NCBI GenBank assembly: GCA_029974275.1
Contig: JARKSN010000276.1
Coordinates: 2,721 to 66,720, forward strand
Direction: 5' to 3'
Source: Candidatus Hydrogenedentota bacterium
Lineage (GTDB): Bacteria > Hydrogenedentota > Hydrogenedentia > Hydrogenedentales > SLHB01
Length of the DNA stretch: 64,000 nt
Made by a program: the position numbers and the translations under genes. The notes under the pieces were generated by a model. The model searched no databases, was not told the origin of the DNA, and saw only the letters and a program-made list of their open reading frames with translations. Shown here piece after piece: positions 26,417-36,652 of this stretch (position 1 is its first letter; each line of letters opens with the position of its first letter).

Positions 26417-27598
26417 ATGAGCACAGTGCTGATTATCGGCGCAGGCGGGGTCGGCGGCGTGGTGGCGCACAAGTGTGCACAGGCGCGCGAGGTCTTCTCG
26501 CGAATCGTGTTGGCGAGCCGCACGCTGGAGAAGTGCGACCGCATCAAAGAGCAAATCGGCGGCGGCATCGAGACGGCGCAGGTCGACGCGGACAATGTTC
26601 CGGAACTCGTCGCGCTGATACGCAGAGTGCAGCCGGACCTCGTGCTGAACGTCGCGCTGCCGTATCAAGACCTCCACATCATGGACGCGTGCCTGGAAAC
26701 CGGCGTGAATTACCTCGACACGGCAAACTACGAGCCGTTGGACGTGGCGAAGTTCGAGTACAGTTGGCAGTGGGCGTATCACGACCGCTTCCGCGAAAAG
26801 GGCATCATGGCGTTGCTCGGCAGCGGCTTCGACCCCGGCGTGACGAATGTCTTTTGTGCGCACGCCCAGAAGAATCACTTCGATACGATTGAATATGTCG
26901 ACATCGTCGACTGCAACGCGGGCGACCACGGCCACCCCTTTGCGACAAACTTCAATCCGGAGATCAACATCCGCGAGATCACCCAACGCGGACGCTATTG
27001 GGAAAACGGCCAATGGGTCGAGACGGAGCCGCTGGAACACTCGCAGACCTTCGACTTTCCCGGCGTCGGCCCGCGCAAGGCGTTCTTGCTGTACCACGAA
27101 GAGTTGGAGAGCCTCATCCAAAACATCAAGGGACTCAAGCGCATCCGTTTCTGGATGACCTTCGGCGAGGCGTACCTCACGCACCTGCGCGTGCTGCAGA
27201 ACGTTGGCATGACGCGCATCGACCCGGTGATGTACGAGGGGCATGAGGTTGTGCCGATCAAGTTGCTCAAGTTGCTGCTGCCTGACCCTGCCTCGCTCGC
27301 CGAAAACTATACCGGCAAGACCAGCATCGGCTGCATCATCGAAGGGCTCAAGAACGGCGAACGCAAGAAGCTGTTCATCTACAACATCTGCGACCATGCC
27401 GAATGTTACAAAGAAGTGAAGGCCCAGGCCGTCTCGTACACCACCGGCGTCCCCGCAATGGTTGGCGCGATGATGATGGTCAAAGGCATCTGGACCGGCA
27501 AGGGCGTCTACAACATCGAGCAACTCGACCCCACGCCGTTCCTCGAAGAACTTGGCAAGCGCGGCCTCCCCTGGCACGAAGAATGGCTGCCGACGTGA
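26417..27598 (+). CDS. carboxynorspermidine/carboxyspermidine dehydrogenase (saccharopine dehydrogenase family)
   Basis: IIGAGGVGGVVAHK is the NAD(P) fold. GSGFDPGVTNVF, NAGDHGHPFATNFNPEINIREI, RYWENGQW, LLPDP.SLA and VSYTTGVPA match my recollection of Vibrio-type CANSDH. The long antisense ORF 25991..27628 is rejected. Confidence 0.82.
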   Translation: MSTVLIIGAGGVGGVVAHKCAQAREVFSRIVLASRTLEKCDRIKEQIGGGIETAQVDADNVPELVALIRRVQPDLVLNVALPYQDLHIMDACLETGVNYLDTANYEPLDVAKFEYSWQWAYHDRFREKGIMALLGSGFDPGVTNVFCAHAQKNHFDTIEYVDIVDCNAGDHGHPFATNFNPEINIREITQRGRYWENGQWVETEPLEHSQTFDFPGVGPRKAFLLYHEELESLIQNIKGLKRIRFWMTFGEAYLTHLRVLQNVGMTRIDPVMYEGHEVVPIKLLKLLLPDPASLAENYTGKTSIGCIIEGLKNGERKKLFIYNICDHAECYKEVKAQAVSYTTGVPAMVGAMMMVKGIWTGKGVYNIEQLDPTPFLEELGKRGLPWHEEWLPT

Positions 27599-27715
27599 CG
27601 CCAAGCGATCCCGATAACAAGACGTCAAGATCCGCCACAGTCCGCCTCATAGCCATGGCGGCGGAAGACGTTGCTCCATCGCGGTTTTTGGGTGAATTCG
27701 CGGAGAAATGACCCT

Positions 27716-28564
27716 ATGGCGACCCTGATTCTCGGTGCGCGCGGGCAATTGGGCCGTGATCTATGCGCGACGTTCGCGCGCTTGGGTGATGTCGTCGGCA
27801 TCGACCTTCCGGAACTGGATGTCGCCGATCGCCATGCGGTAGACCGCCAGATTGCCCTGTGTCATCCCGCATGGGTGATCAACGCGGCGGCATACACGGA
27901 CGTGGAGAAGGCCGAGTCGGACCGGGACGCCGCTTTCCGCACGAACGAGACCGGGGCGCGGGTCGTGGCAGAGGCCGCCGCCGCCGCCGGCATTCCGGTG
28001 GTCTATTACAGCACCGATTTTGTGTTTGGCGGCGATGCCTCCAATGCGCGGCCGTATGAATGCGACGATCCGATCGCGCCGCAGGGCGTTTACGCGGCGT
28101 CGAAGGCCGCCGGTGAAACGGCCACGCGCTTGGCCAATCCGCGTCACTTCATTATTCGCACGGCGTGGCTTTACGGTCCGGGCGGCAACAATTTCGTCGA
28201 GAAAATTCTTCGGGCGGCGCACTCGCGTCCGCAATTGAAGGTTGTGGACGACGAGGTCGGATCGCCGACCCATACGCTCGATTTGGCCGATGCGACATTG
28301 GCGTTGTGCCGGACAGAGGCATACGGCACGTATCATGCCGTGAACAAAGGCTCCTGCAACCGCTATGATTTTGCGCGGGAAATTCTCCGGCTGGCGGGAT
28401 TGACGACGCCCATCGGACCGTGCAGGGCAAACGAATTTCCGTCGCAGGCGCCGCGGCCTGCCTATTCCGTGTTGTCGAATGCGAAACTAGAGGCCACTAC
28501 GGCCTATCGGATGCGCCCGTGGCGCGAGGCGCTGGTCCATTATATGGAGAGGAGAAACGCGTGA
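27716..28564 (+). CDS. rfbD: dTDP-4-dehydrorhamnose reductase
   Basis: MATLILGARGQLGRDL is the Rossmann motif. YAASKAAGE is the YxxxK motif. TAWLYG and PRPAYSVL are present. GGAG lies upstream of ATG 27716. Confidence 0.9.
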   Translation: MATLILGARGQLGRDLCATFARLGDVVGIDLPELDVADRHAVDRQIALCHPAWVINAAAYTDVEKAESDRDAAFRTNETGARVVAEAAAAAGIPVVYYSTDFVFGGDASNARPYECDDPIAPQGVYAASKAAGETATRLANPRHFIIRTAWLYGPGGNNFVEKILRAAHSRPQLKVVDDEVGSPTHTLDLADATLALCRTEAYGTYHAVNKGSCNRYDFAREILRLAGLTTPIGPCRANEFPSQAPRPAYSVLSNAKLEATTAYRMRPWREALVHYMERRNA

Positions 28565-29565
28565 GCATCCAACGAATTCTGGTGACGGGCGGCGCGGGGT
28601 TTATCGGGTCGGCGTTCGTGCGCTATCAACTGCGCACCTATCCTGATGTGCATATTGTCAATCTCGACAAGCTGACCTACGCGGGCAACCTCGATAATCT
28701 GAAGGGCATCGACGAGTCGCGCTATGCGTTCGTGCATGCGGACATCGCCGACGCAGCCGCTGTCGAAGCCGCCATGCAGGGCTGCGATGCGGTCGTCAAT
28801 TTCGCCGCCGAGACGCACGTCGATCGCAGCATCATGGGCGCGGCGGAGTTCATCGACACCGACGTGCTGGGCGTACACAACATCGTCGAGAGCGCCCGGA
28901 AACTAGGCGCCGAACGCGTCCTGCTCGTGTCGACCGACGAGGTCTACGGCAGCATCGCGTCCGGCTCGTTCAAGGAGAGCGATCCCGTCGGACCGCGCAA
29001 TCCCTATTCGGCCAGCAAGGCCGGGGGCGAGTTGATGGGGATGGCGTTCTTCCACACCTTCGGCGTGCCGGTGATCATCACGCGCGGATCGAACACCTAC
29101 GGGCCGTACCAGTATCCCGAGAAGGTGCTCCCGCTGTTCGTGACCAATGCCATCGACGACGAGCCGTTGCCGCTGTATGGCGACGGACGCAACGTGCGCG
29201 ATTGGCTGTTTGTCGACGACCATTGCAGCGGCATCGACACAGCCCTGCGCAAAGGCGTCCCCGGCGAGATATACAACATCGCGGGCGGCAACGAGCGCGA
29301 AAACATCGTTCTCACGCACAAGATTCTCGATGCCGTCGGCAAGGGCAAGGACCTCATCACGCCTGTCAAGGACCGGCCCGGCCACGACCGCCGTTATTCA
29401 ATCGACGCGAGCAAATTGCACGCGTTGGGCTGGGCGCCTGCCATGGACTGGGACCAGGGCGTCGAGTGCACGGTGCGGTGGTACCAAGAAAACGAATGGT
29501 GGTGGCGCAAAATCAAAACCGGCGAGTTTCTCGCATATTACCGGCGGCAATATGCCGACCGATGA
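28561..29565 (+). CDS. rfbB: dTDP-glucose 4,6-dehydratase
   Basis: The GTG start overlaps the rfbD stop (GTGA). VTGGAGFIGSAF, STDEVYG, YSASKAGGE and DRPGHDRRYSID are present. Confidence 0.95.
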   Translation: MSIQRILVTGGAGFIGSAFVRYQLRTYPDVHIVNLDKLTYAGNLDNLKGIDESRYAFVHADIADAAAVEAAMQGCDAVVNFAAETHVDRSIMGAAEFIDTDVLGVHNIVESARKLGAERVLLVSTDEVYGSIASGSFKESDPVGPRNPYSASKAGGELMGMAFFHTFGVPVIITRGSNTYGPYQYPEKVLPLFVTNAIDDEPLPLYGDGRNVRDWLFVDDHCSGIDTALRKGVPGEIYNIAGGNERENIVLTHKILDAVGKGKDLITPVKDRPGHDRRYSIDASKLHALGWAPAMDWDQGVECTVRWYQENEWWWRKIKTGEFLAYYRRQYADR

Positions 29566-31342
29566 GGAATTCGTGAAAGGGCCGCGCCCTCCGGAAGACG
29601 AGGCCGCAGCGGCCATCCACGACAGCGAGCTCATGCTTGAAGCGCTGCTGGATTGCTTCAAGGATCGCGTCCATATCAAGGACATTCATTCCCGATTCAT
29701 CCGCGTCAACAAGGTTCTCGCGGATAATCTTTCGCTGGCCGATCCCGCCCAAGCGATCGGAAAGACAGACGCCGACTTTTTCACCCAGGAAGAGGCTGCG
29801 CATTTCCGGGAGATCGAGCAACAGGTGATGCAAACGGGCGTTCCGCTGCGAGACATGGAAATCGTCGCGTTGCATCCCGTCACCAAAGCCACGACCTATC
29901 TCTTGTCGTCGAAGGCGCCCGTGCGAGACCGCGCCGGACGCATCGTCGGAATCGCGGGCATCACCCAGGACGTGACCGAAACGAAGACGGCCAAAGAGGC
30001 CCGCCGAAAAAGCGAAGAAAAATTCGAGACGGTGTTTCAAACGAGTCCGCAGGCGATCGTGATCACGCGTCTTTCGGACGGGACAATCGTGGAAGCCAAC
30101 GAAGCGGCCGAGCGCCTCACGGGGTTCCGCCGCGACGAGGGCATCCACCACACCACCGTCGAACTCGGCATCTTGCGGCCCGAAGACCGGGACGACTATT
30201 TGAATGCTCTTGTCGCCGACGGAACGGCGAAGCGCCGCGAGACGCCTTACTTCACCAAATCCGGCGCGCAACGCACGGCCCTTCTCTCCGGCGAGCGGAT
30301 CGAAATCGATGGAGAGCCCTGCCTTCTGCATGTCATCGAAGATATCACGGAAATCAAGGAGGCCGCCCTTGCCCTGCGCGAGAGCGAGGCAAGGAACCGC
30401 GCGTTGCTTGCGGCCATGCCCGACTCCATCTTTTTGCTGAGCGAAGACGGGACGGTGATCGATTATTCGGGGCCCGCGGATGGATCCCGTTCCCTATATG
30501 CTTCAATCCTTTCGAAGCATATAGGGGCGCTTCTGCCAAGCTCTCTCGTGGGACAAGCGATGCGCGCCATCCGGCAGGCGCTGAACACGCGATCGGTCCA
30601 GTTGCTGGAGTTTCAGACGCCTGGGCCGACGGGGCCGCACGATTATGAGGCGCGGCTGGTCGTCTGCGGCGAGCGATCGGTCATGGCGCTGCTGCGCGAC
30701 ATCACGTTTTACCGCCGTCTTGAGAGACAAGTGCTGGAAGTGAGCGCGCGCGAGGAACAGCGTATCGGACACGACTTGCACGATGGGCTCGGACAAGAGT
30801 TGACCGGGATCGCCTTCCTCACGAAGGCGCTCGCCGACAGACTGCGCACGCTGTCGCTTCCCGAGTCCGAGGATGCCCAGCGCCTGGTCGATCATGTGAA
30901 CAAAGCGATTGGCAGAGTGCGAGCGTTGGCGCGAGGACTTTCGCCAGCGGGCATGGAGGAGCGCGGCCTGATCGTCGCGTTGGAAGGTCTTGCGCGAGAC
31001 ACGTCCGTCGTTTTCAACATCCCTTGTGCGTTTCACTGCGATATCGATGGCTTTCCTGGAGAATCCGGCGTGCAAACCCAGCTTTTCCGCATCGCGCAGG
31101 AGGCGGTGCATAACGCCGTGCGACACAGCGGGGCCTCGAAGATCGAAATAACGTTGACGGAAGACAAGGAGGGCATGGCGTTGCGCATCCGCGACAACGG
31201 CGCCGGGTTCGACGAAAACCGCACCGCTTCCTCCGGCATGGGACTGCACATCATGCGCTACCGGGCCTCGATGGCAAACGGCACGCTCTCGGTTGCGTCG
31301 CAGCCCGGCAAAGGAACCGTCATCGCCTGCATTCTGCAGTAG
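29552..31342 (+). CDS. cytoplasmic multi-PAS sensor histidine kinase (HisKA_3 / NarL-partner type), orphan
   Basis: Three PAS-like segments are visible (DRVHIKDIHSRFIRVN; FQTSPQAIVITRLSDGTIVEANEAA; MPDSIFLLSEDGTVIDYSG). HDLHDGLGQELTG is the HisKA_3 H-box. HATPase_c is marked by RIRDNGAGF and GMGLHIMRYRA. There are no TM helices and no adjacent response regulator. The start overlaps the rfbB end by 14 nt. Confidence 0.9.
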   Translation: MPTDEEFVKGPRPPEDEAAAAIHDSELMLEALLDCFKDRVHIKDIHSRFIRVNKVLADNLSLADPAQAIGKTDADFFTQEEAAHFREIEQQVMQTGVPLRDMEIVALHPVTKATTYLLSSKAPVRDRAGRIVGIAGITQDVTETKTAKEARRKSEEKFETVFQTSPQAIVITRLSDGTIVEANEAAERLTGFRRDEGIHHTTVELGILRPEDRDDYLNALVADGTAKRRETPYFTKSGAQRTALLSGERIEIDGEPCLLHVIEDITEIKEAALALRESEARNRALLAAMPDSIFLLSEDGTVIDYSGPADGSRSLYASILSKHIGALLPSSLVGQAMRAIRQALNTRSVQLLEFQTPGPTGPHDYEARLVVCGERSVMALLRDITFYRRLERQVLEVSAREEQRIGHDLHDGLGQELTGIAFLTKALADRLRTLSLPESEDAQRLVDHVNKAIGRVRALARGLSPAGMEERGLIVALEGLARDTSVVFNIPCAFHCDIDGFPGESGVQTQLFRIAQEAVHNAVRHSGASKIEITLTEDKEGMALRIRDNGAGFDENRTASSGMGLHIMRYRASMANGTLSVASQPGKGTVIACILQ

Positions 31343-31387
31343 CGCACAGGCCATCGACCTCGGGACAGCGGGGAGATTTCGGCGGCG

Positions 31388-32275
31388 TCAGGCCTCGTAT
31401 CGTTTCAGTAGGCCGTCGTAGGCGTCGATGCGCCGATCGCGCAGAAACGGCCAAATGCGGCGAACCGATTCCGTCCGCCCAAGGTCGATGTCGGCAACAA
31501 GCGTCTCATTCTGGGTCGCGCCGGCGCCGGCCAACAATTCGCCCTGGGGTCCTGCGACAAAAGAGCTTCCCCAAAAATCCACCCCCGCCAGCACGCCGCT
31601 GGGATCGGGTTCGTGGCCGACGCGGTTCACGCTGAGCACGAAAAGACCGTTGACAACGGCATGAGCGCGCTGGGCGATGGTCCAGGCATCGCGTTGGCGC
31701 TCTTTTTCGGCGCGGTCGTCGCGGGGATCCCAGCCGATGGCAGTGGGATAGACGAGCAGTTCCGCGCCGCGCAAGGTCATCAAACGCGCCGCTTCGGGAA
31801 ACCATTGGTCCCAGCACACCAGCACGCCGAGGCGCCCCACGGAAGTGGCAATCGGCGCAAATCCGATATCGCCGGGCGCGAAATAAAACTTCTCGTGAAA
31901 ACCGGGGTCGTCGGGAATGTGCATCTTGCGGTACATGCCCGCGATGGAACCGTCGCGCTCGAAGACGACCGCGGTGTTGTGGTGCAGTCCCGGCGCGCGT
32001 TTCTCGAACAACGACGCCACCAACACAATGCCGAGTTCCGCCGCGACCGCCGACAACCATTCGGTCGCCGGACCGGGAACGGTCTCGGCGAGATCGAAAC
32101 AGGCGACATCCTCGGTCTGGCAGAAATAGCGCGTTGTGTGCAGTTCCTGCAGCACGACAAGCTCCGCGCCTTTCCCGGCGGCTTCGCGCGCCATCGCGAT
32201 GCTCGTCGCGAGATTCGTGTTTTTGTCCTCGCCGCAGGCATGCTGCAACAAGGCGGCGCGTATGATCCTGCTCAT
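31388..32275 (-). CDS. aguB: N-carbamoylputrescine amidase (CN-hydrolase family)
   Basis: MSRIIRAALLQ, VVLQELH (catalytic Glu region), YRKMHIPDDPGFHEKFYF and GVLVCWDQWFPE (catalytic Cys). ATG 32275 overlaps the aguA stop (ATGA). Confidence 0.9.
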   Translation of the reverse strand: MSRIIRAALLQHACGEDKNTNLATSIAMAREAAGKGAELVVLQELHTTRYFCQTEDVACFDLAETVPGPATEWLSAVAAELGIVLVASLFEKRAPGLHHNTAVVFERDGSIAGMYRKMHIPDDPGFHEKFYFAPGDIGFAPIATSVGRLGVLVCWDQWFPEAARLMTLRGAELLVYPTAIGWDPRDDRAEKERQRDAWTIAQRAHAVVNGLFVLSVNRVGHEPDPSGVLAGVDFWGSSFVAGPQGELLAGAGATQNETLVADIDLGRTESVRRIWPFLRDRRIDAYDGLLKRYEA

Positions 32276-33336
32276 GGCAATACTCCCTGTGGAAACTGCA
32301 TTGACGCGCAATGCACCGAGCCGAATTGCAACACCAACCCGATCCCGTCGATCGGAATGATCTCGCGATCGGGAAAACATGCTGTAACGACTTGCAAGGC
32401 GTCGGCGTCTTGCGGGCAATGGTATGTCGGCGTCAACACTGCACCGTTAATAATCAAGAAGTTTGCGTAGGTCGCGGGTAAGCGATCGCCCTCGTCGTTG
32501 TATACAGGACGCGGCATAGGCAGCGGGACCAAACGGTACGGATCGTCGCTCGCCGTGCGGAACGTGCGGAGCTGCGCCTCCATGGCACGAAGGCTATCGG
32601 CTTCTTCGCCCCGCGCATCGCCCGCCGAAACGTACGTCAGCGTGTGGGCGTCGCAAAACCGGACCAGCGTGTCCACGTGCGCGTCTGTATCGTCTCCTTC
32701 GAGCCAGCCATTTTCGATCCACAACACCCGGGAAGCGCCAAGGATCCGATGCAACTCCCGCTCGAGGTCCTCCCGCGCAAGATGCGGATTGCGGTTCGGC
32801 GATAGCAGACACCGGGAGGTTGTCAGCAGCGCGCCATGTCCGTCCGATTCGATCGATCCGCCTTCGAGGACAAGGCCCAAGGTCGTCATGGGAGTCGAGG
32901 AAAAGGCCCCAAGCCGCGCCAAGCGACGGCCTATTTGGTTGTCGTCGTATGCGGGATATTTCAAGCCCCATCCGTTGAACGCAAAATCGAGGAGTTCGGG
33001 CCGACCCTCGCGCAAAATTGCGATGGGCCCATGGTCGCGCGCCCAGATGTCGTTCGACGGAACGGGCAGGAACTGCACGTTACGCGCCAACGCCGCCGTG
33101 TTTTCCAAGAGAGCCTGGGTATGCGCAACGTCCGAACACGCGAGGACGACGCGCTCGCGTTGGCTGATCGCAACCGTCATGGCAATCAAAGCCGGTTCCA
33201 CGCGCGGCAGCAGCCCCTTCCAATCGCCTTCGTCGTGCGGCCACGTGAGCAGCACGCCCGACTGCGGCTCCCATTCCGCGGGCAGCCGCACGTCCGCTAA
33301 CGGCACGGAAGACATGCTGTGAGGATCATTATTCAT
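32272..33336 (-). CDS. aguA: agmatine deiminase
   Basis: LPAEWEPQSGVLLTWPH, DIWARDHGP, DGHGALLTT, DTDAHVDT and the C-terminal GSVHCASMQ (catalytic Cys). The start is uncertain: 33336 overlaps the upstream stop by 8 nt, and 33315 is the alternative. Confidence 0.9.
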   Translation of the reverse strand: MNNDPHSMSSVPLADVRLPAEWEPQSGVLLTWPHDEGDWKGLLPRVEPALIAMTVAISQRERVVLACSDVAHTQALLENTAALARNVQFLPVPSNDIWARDHGPIAILREGRPELLDFAFNGWGLKYPAYDDNQIGRRLARLGAFSSTPMTTLGLVLEGGSIESDGHGALLTTSRCLLSPNRNPHLAREDLERELHRILGASRVLWIENGWLEGDDTDAHVDTLVRFCDAHTLTYVSAGDARGEEADSLRAMEAQLRTFRTASDDPYRLVPLPMPRPVYNDEGDRLPATYANFLIINGAVLTPTYHCPQDADALQVVTACFPDREIIPIDGIGLVLQFGSVHCASMQFPQGVLP

Positions 33337-35282
33337 GGACGGATGAATCGCCATTCTTCGCATCGCCCGCGATCGTGTGCGAGACGCACTGAGAGATCTG
33401 CGTCACGGCGGGCGATTCTTCCAGCGCCTTTGTCAAAACGACGCGATCAATGACTGCCGGCGTCGCGTTTGGGTTGCATAACGTCACCTCCAAGGAATTT
33501 CCGCTGCACGTTGCGCGCGCGTCTATCCCGTCGACGCATTCGCCCAAAACGCGAGGAACCCATTCCGGGCCCGAAACGTCCGCAATCGCCAGGGAAACGG
33601 ATTGTCCCTGCTGCAGCGAAATAACAAGACGATCGCCGCACAGGAACGCCGGACAAGCGTTTTCGCTCATGAAATACGCCGGGATGTCAATGCGGTCCGG
33701 CTCGCTTCGGACGCCAACCTTGAGACTGCTCTGGCGAAACCACATGACGACGGTTTCGTTTTCTTCGCCCCATCCCCCCAAATGCACCGGGGCGTATAGA
33801 CGACGGAGGGTATCGAGACCCTTCTGCTCGCGGGGAGGCATCGCATTCTCCCATGTGTCTCCCGGAAAAAGCGAGATGATATCGGGATTTCTGGCAAAGA
33901 GGTAGCGCGCATTCGCCAATTCATGTCCCAAAAAACCTTTCCCAAAATCTTCGGGAGGGTGACGCGGCAAATAATAATCGTTCAAGCCCAACATGTCGAG
34001 GCTCGGCAATTTCGACCAAAACGGCAGACATCCAGCGGCGACCACGGCAAGCAACGGCTGTTCGTCGGCAAAGGCCTTGTTGAGCAGAACGCCCAAGGCC
34101 TGGCCCTTCCACTCGAAACGCTCGCGGACCGCCCTCCGGTTCTCGGGATTGGCGAACTGAATGCACGAAAAAAGCCCGAACAGAATGGCGATCCCGATCA
34201 ATCCTCCGCGAGCGCCTAACCGTCTGCCTTCCTGCCGCACATAATCGCGGAGAAATTCGCCCCCCTCCACCACGGCAAAGGAGAGTATCGTCAGCGGAGG
34301 AAGCATATGCCGCCACGCCGGAAAAATGTCCCCCCCCGGCGACGGCTACATAGACCAACCACGGCGCGAGCAAGGATCCCAGAAAAATGGCGCGTTGACG
34401 GTGCGGAGCGCCCAACGCCGCACCCATCCCCAGGTATGCAATGGCCAAAACAGAAAAAGGAGCGAGCGACCCCAGGCCGTTGATGACATACACAGCGCCA
34501 TTCTGGAAATGGTGCCACGAGGGAGCCAACTTCACCAAAGCCGTGTTGGGCACGAACTCTCCGTAATATCCGATGCGGAAAGCCAACTGCCCGGAACAGA
34601 ATAGAACCGGCAAGCAGGGCAACAGAAACAAAATGCGCCACGACCAACGGCGGCGAGACAGCGCCCGCGCCAAGCTAATTCCCGCCAAGGCGGCAACCGT
34701 GAAGAGGGGACCGTCCGGCCGCGTAAGACACATGCCGCCAAGGAAAGCGGAAGCCGCAAGGGCGGGCGCGGCGCGAGGATATTCCTCATCCAGCAACGGG
34801 AAACAGGATGCGATTGCCCACGCCAGACAAACGGCGTAGAGCGGCTGCTCCAGTCCGCCAATCGCCCAAACGGCGCTGGGGGCCGCCAAACAAAAGAAGA
34901 GCGCGCCCGCGGAAATCGACGACCAAGACGCGCCTTTGCGTTCCGCGCGAAGATAGGCCAGCGGCAAGGCGAAGACCGCGACCGACATGAACAAAAGGCC
35001 CGCCAATCGCGACGCGCCCACCAATCCCACGTGAAGTCCCTTGGATATTCCGGCGACCGTCAACACCCACAACAGATTTGAGTACCCCTCAACGCGTTCG
35101 CCGTCGTTCCACGTCAGCCCCTTGCCCTCCAGAAAACGCTCCGCGTATCGCAACGAAATGAGGGCATCGTCCGAGATAAAGGGATAGTAATGCAACGCAT
35201 GCGCGAACAACAGACAAGAAGCCGTCAACACGAACAGCGCAAGGAATGCGAATTCCTTTTTCCGGGCTGGAAGATGTTCCAT
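33329..35282 (-). pseudogene. GT-C family membrane glycosyltransferase (arabinofuranosyltransferase-like), interrupted by a frameshift at a G8 tract
   Basis: The N-terminal 300+ aa are in one frame (ORF 33921..35282: PFISDDALISLRYAERFLEGKGLTWNDGERVEGYSNLLW, then ~9 TM helices). That frame becomes Arg-rich nonsense right after ...VYVAVAGGG. The protein-like continuation (..DIFPAWRHMLPPLTILSFAVVEGG.., periplasmic domain) is in ORF 33329..34306. Total length is 1954 nt, so removing one G from the G8 run gives a 650-aa ORF. Confidence 0.7.
34330..34337 (-). repeat. homopolymeric G8 tract (C8 on the + strand) at the frameshift point
   Basis: Read directly: gtCCCCCCCCgg at 34330..34337. The two protein-like reading frames switch here. 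Confidence 0.9.
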
Positions 35283-35380
35283 AACGCTTACGGCGCTTTC
35301 TCCGCGAACGGCCCCGCGTGTATCACGGCTTCCCTTTCATTGGGCTTTGCCTCAATCCGATCCCTGGCGCAGCGCGCGCC

Positions 35381-36637
35381 CTACTTGCGCCTCTTGATTT
35401 CCGGAGCCTCCCGGATGCAAGCGCCAAGGACGCGAAAGGCTTGGCCGAACATGGCCGAGACGTTTCGATGGAACCCGGCGGCGCCCGTCGCGGGAACCTG
35501 GAAGCCGTCGGGCGTTTCGGGGACGTGGCCCCAGTGCTGAAAAAGCCGACCCCATTCGCTTTCGAGACAGGCTTTCATCTGGCGTTCGCTGTTGCGCTGG
35601 TACCAGTAAAAATCGTGGTAGAGCACGCTGGCGATATAGGCCCACGGAGCCATCCAGGTCTTGAGCGACCACTCGATCGGCTTTTTGAGGGGCCCCCAAT
35701 AGATTTTGTGTTGCATCTGGCTCGCGAAGGTCATTTTCTTGAACGGCCCGACGAAATGCCAGTTCTCGTTCGCGGCATCCACGTCGCCGACGACCTCGAT
35801 GTCGCGCACGTCGCCGCAGCCGAGGCCGAGGTCGTGCGCCAGACGGATAAACTTGCAGTCGCGAAGCGGATCGAACCCCATCAACTTCGCCGCGACGGCA
35901 TCGATGGCCACTTGGTCGGACGACGCAAGCAGCACGTTCTTGACGTGCGGCAGCATGCACCGCGGGCCGGGACCGTCACCCGCAAATGTGCCGTCCATCA
36001 CCGCAAACACGCCGCGATGAATCTTCTTCTGAATCATGAGCAAATCGACAAGCGTCTCGTGAATGACCGGATGCGTCCAGTGGCGATGCTCATTCAGCAG
36101 CCCCCCGAACGCGTTCTTCATCGCGCCGGTGGTCGTAGTGAAAACATGGGTCTTGACGGTCGGCAGGTGGATGATGTTTTCCCCGATGAATCGCTTGGGA
36201 ATGGAAAAACCCTTGGGGTACACCTCGTTGAGACACAGAAACTTCTTGGCGAGATCGCCCACGGCGTCGCGAATATTGATCCATTCCTCGCCCTCGTACA
36301 AATGCACGTTGCGCAGGCCATAGGCGTTGACGACATCAATCTGCTTGTTTTCGCGCTCGCCCAGGTGCGAATCGATCACCACGGTGCGGTTATGGCAAGC
36401 GTGGATAAGGTCCCCCGAATACCCGTCGCGCAACAGCGCGCCGATCACGCCGTCCAACTGCCACGGCGTCGTCGAACTGGCCGGAAAAAAGAAATGCCAC
36501 GAGATATTGACCTTGAGCGCCGTGTCGGCGTCCTTGGCGATGACGTCCTGATACCCGGCGAGATTCAGCAATTCATGATAATCGGACCGGACGCGCTCGG
36601 GACTCGTCCGCAACACGGCGACCTTCGATCGGGACAT
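35381..36637 (-). CDS. DUF362 domain-containing protein with C-terminal extension
   Basis: AAGGAG lies 8 nt before ATG 36637. Blocks typical of DUF362 are VAVLRTSPE, LKVNISW, HLPTVKTHVFTTTTGAMKNAFGGL and AVMDGTFAGDGPGP. A ~110-aa Trp/Tyr-rich tail follows. Confidence 0.82.
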   Translation of the reverse strand: MSRSKVAVLRTSPERVRSDYHELLNLAGYQDVIAKDADTALKVNISWHFFFPASSTTPWQLDGVIGALLRDGYSGDLIHACHNRTVVIDSHLGERENKQIDVVNAYGLRNVHLYEGEEWINIRDAVGDLAKKFLCLNEVYPKGFSIPKRFIGENIIHLPTVKTHVFTTTTGAMKNAFGGLLNEHRHWTHPVIHETLVDLLMIQKKIHRGVFAVMDGTFAGDGPGPRCMLPHVKNVLLASSDQVAIDAVAAKLMGFDPLRDCKFIRLAHDLGLGCGDVRDIEVVGDVDAANENWHFVGPFKKMTFASQMQHKIYWGPLKKPIEWSLKTWMAPWAYIASVLYHDFYWYQRNSERQMKACLESEWGRLFQHWGHVPETPDGFQVPATGAAGFHRNVSAMFGQAFRVLGACIREAPEIKRRK

Positions 36638-36652
36638 GCACTAGCTCCTTGT

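Noticed and set aside
26417-33336. Polyamine genes (carboxynorspermidine dehydrogenase, aguB, aguA) as an unusual split pathway.
   Set aside because: The genes are individually standard. The absence of an adjacent carboxynorspermidine decarboxylase, and the interruption by rfbDB and a kinase, is ordinary gene-order variation. The missing gene may simply lie outside the window.
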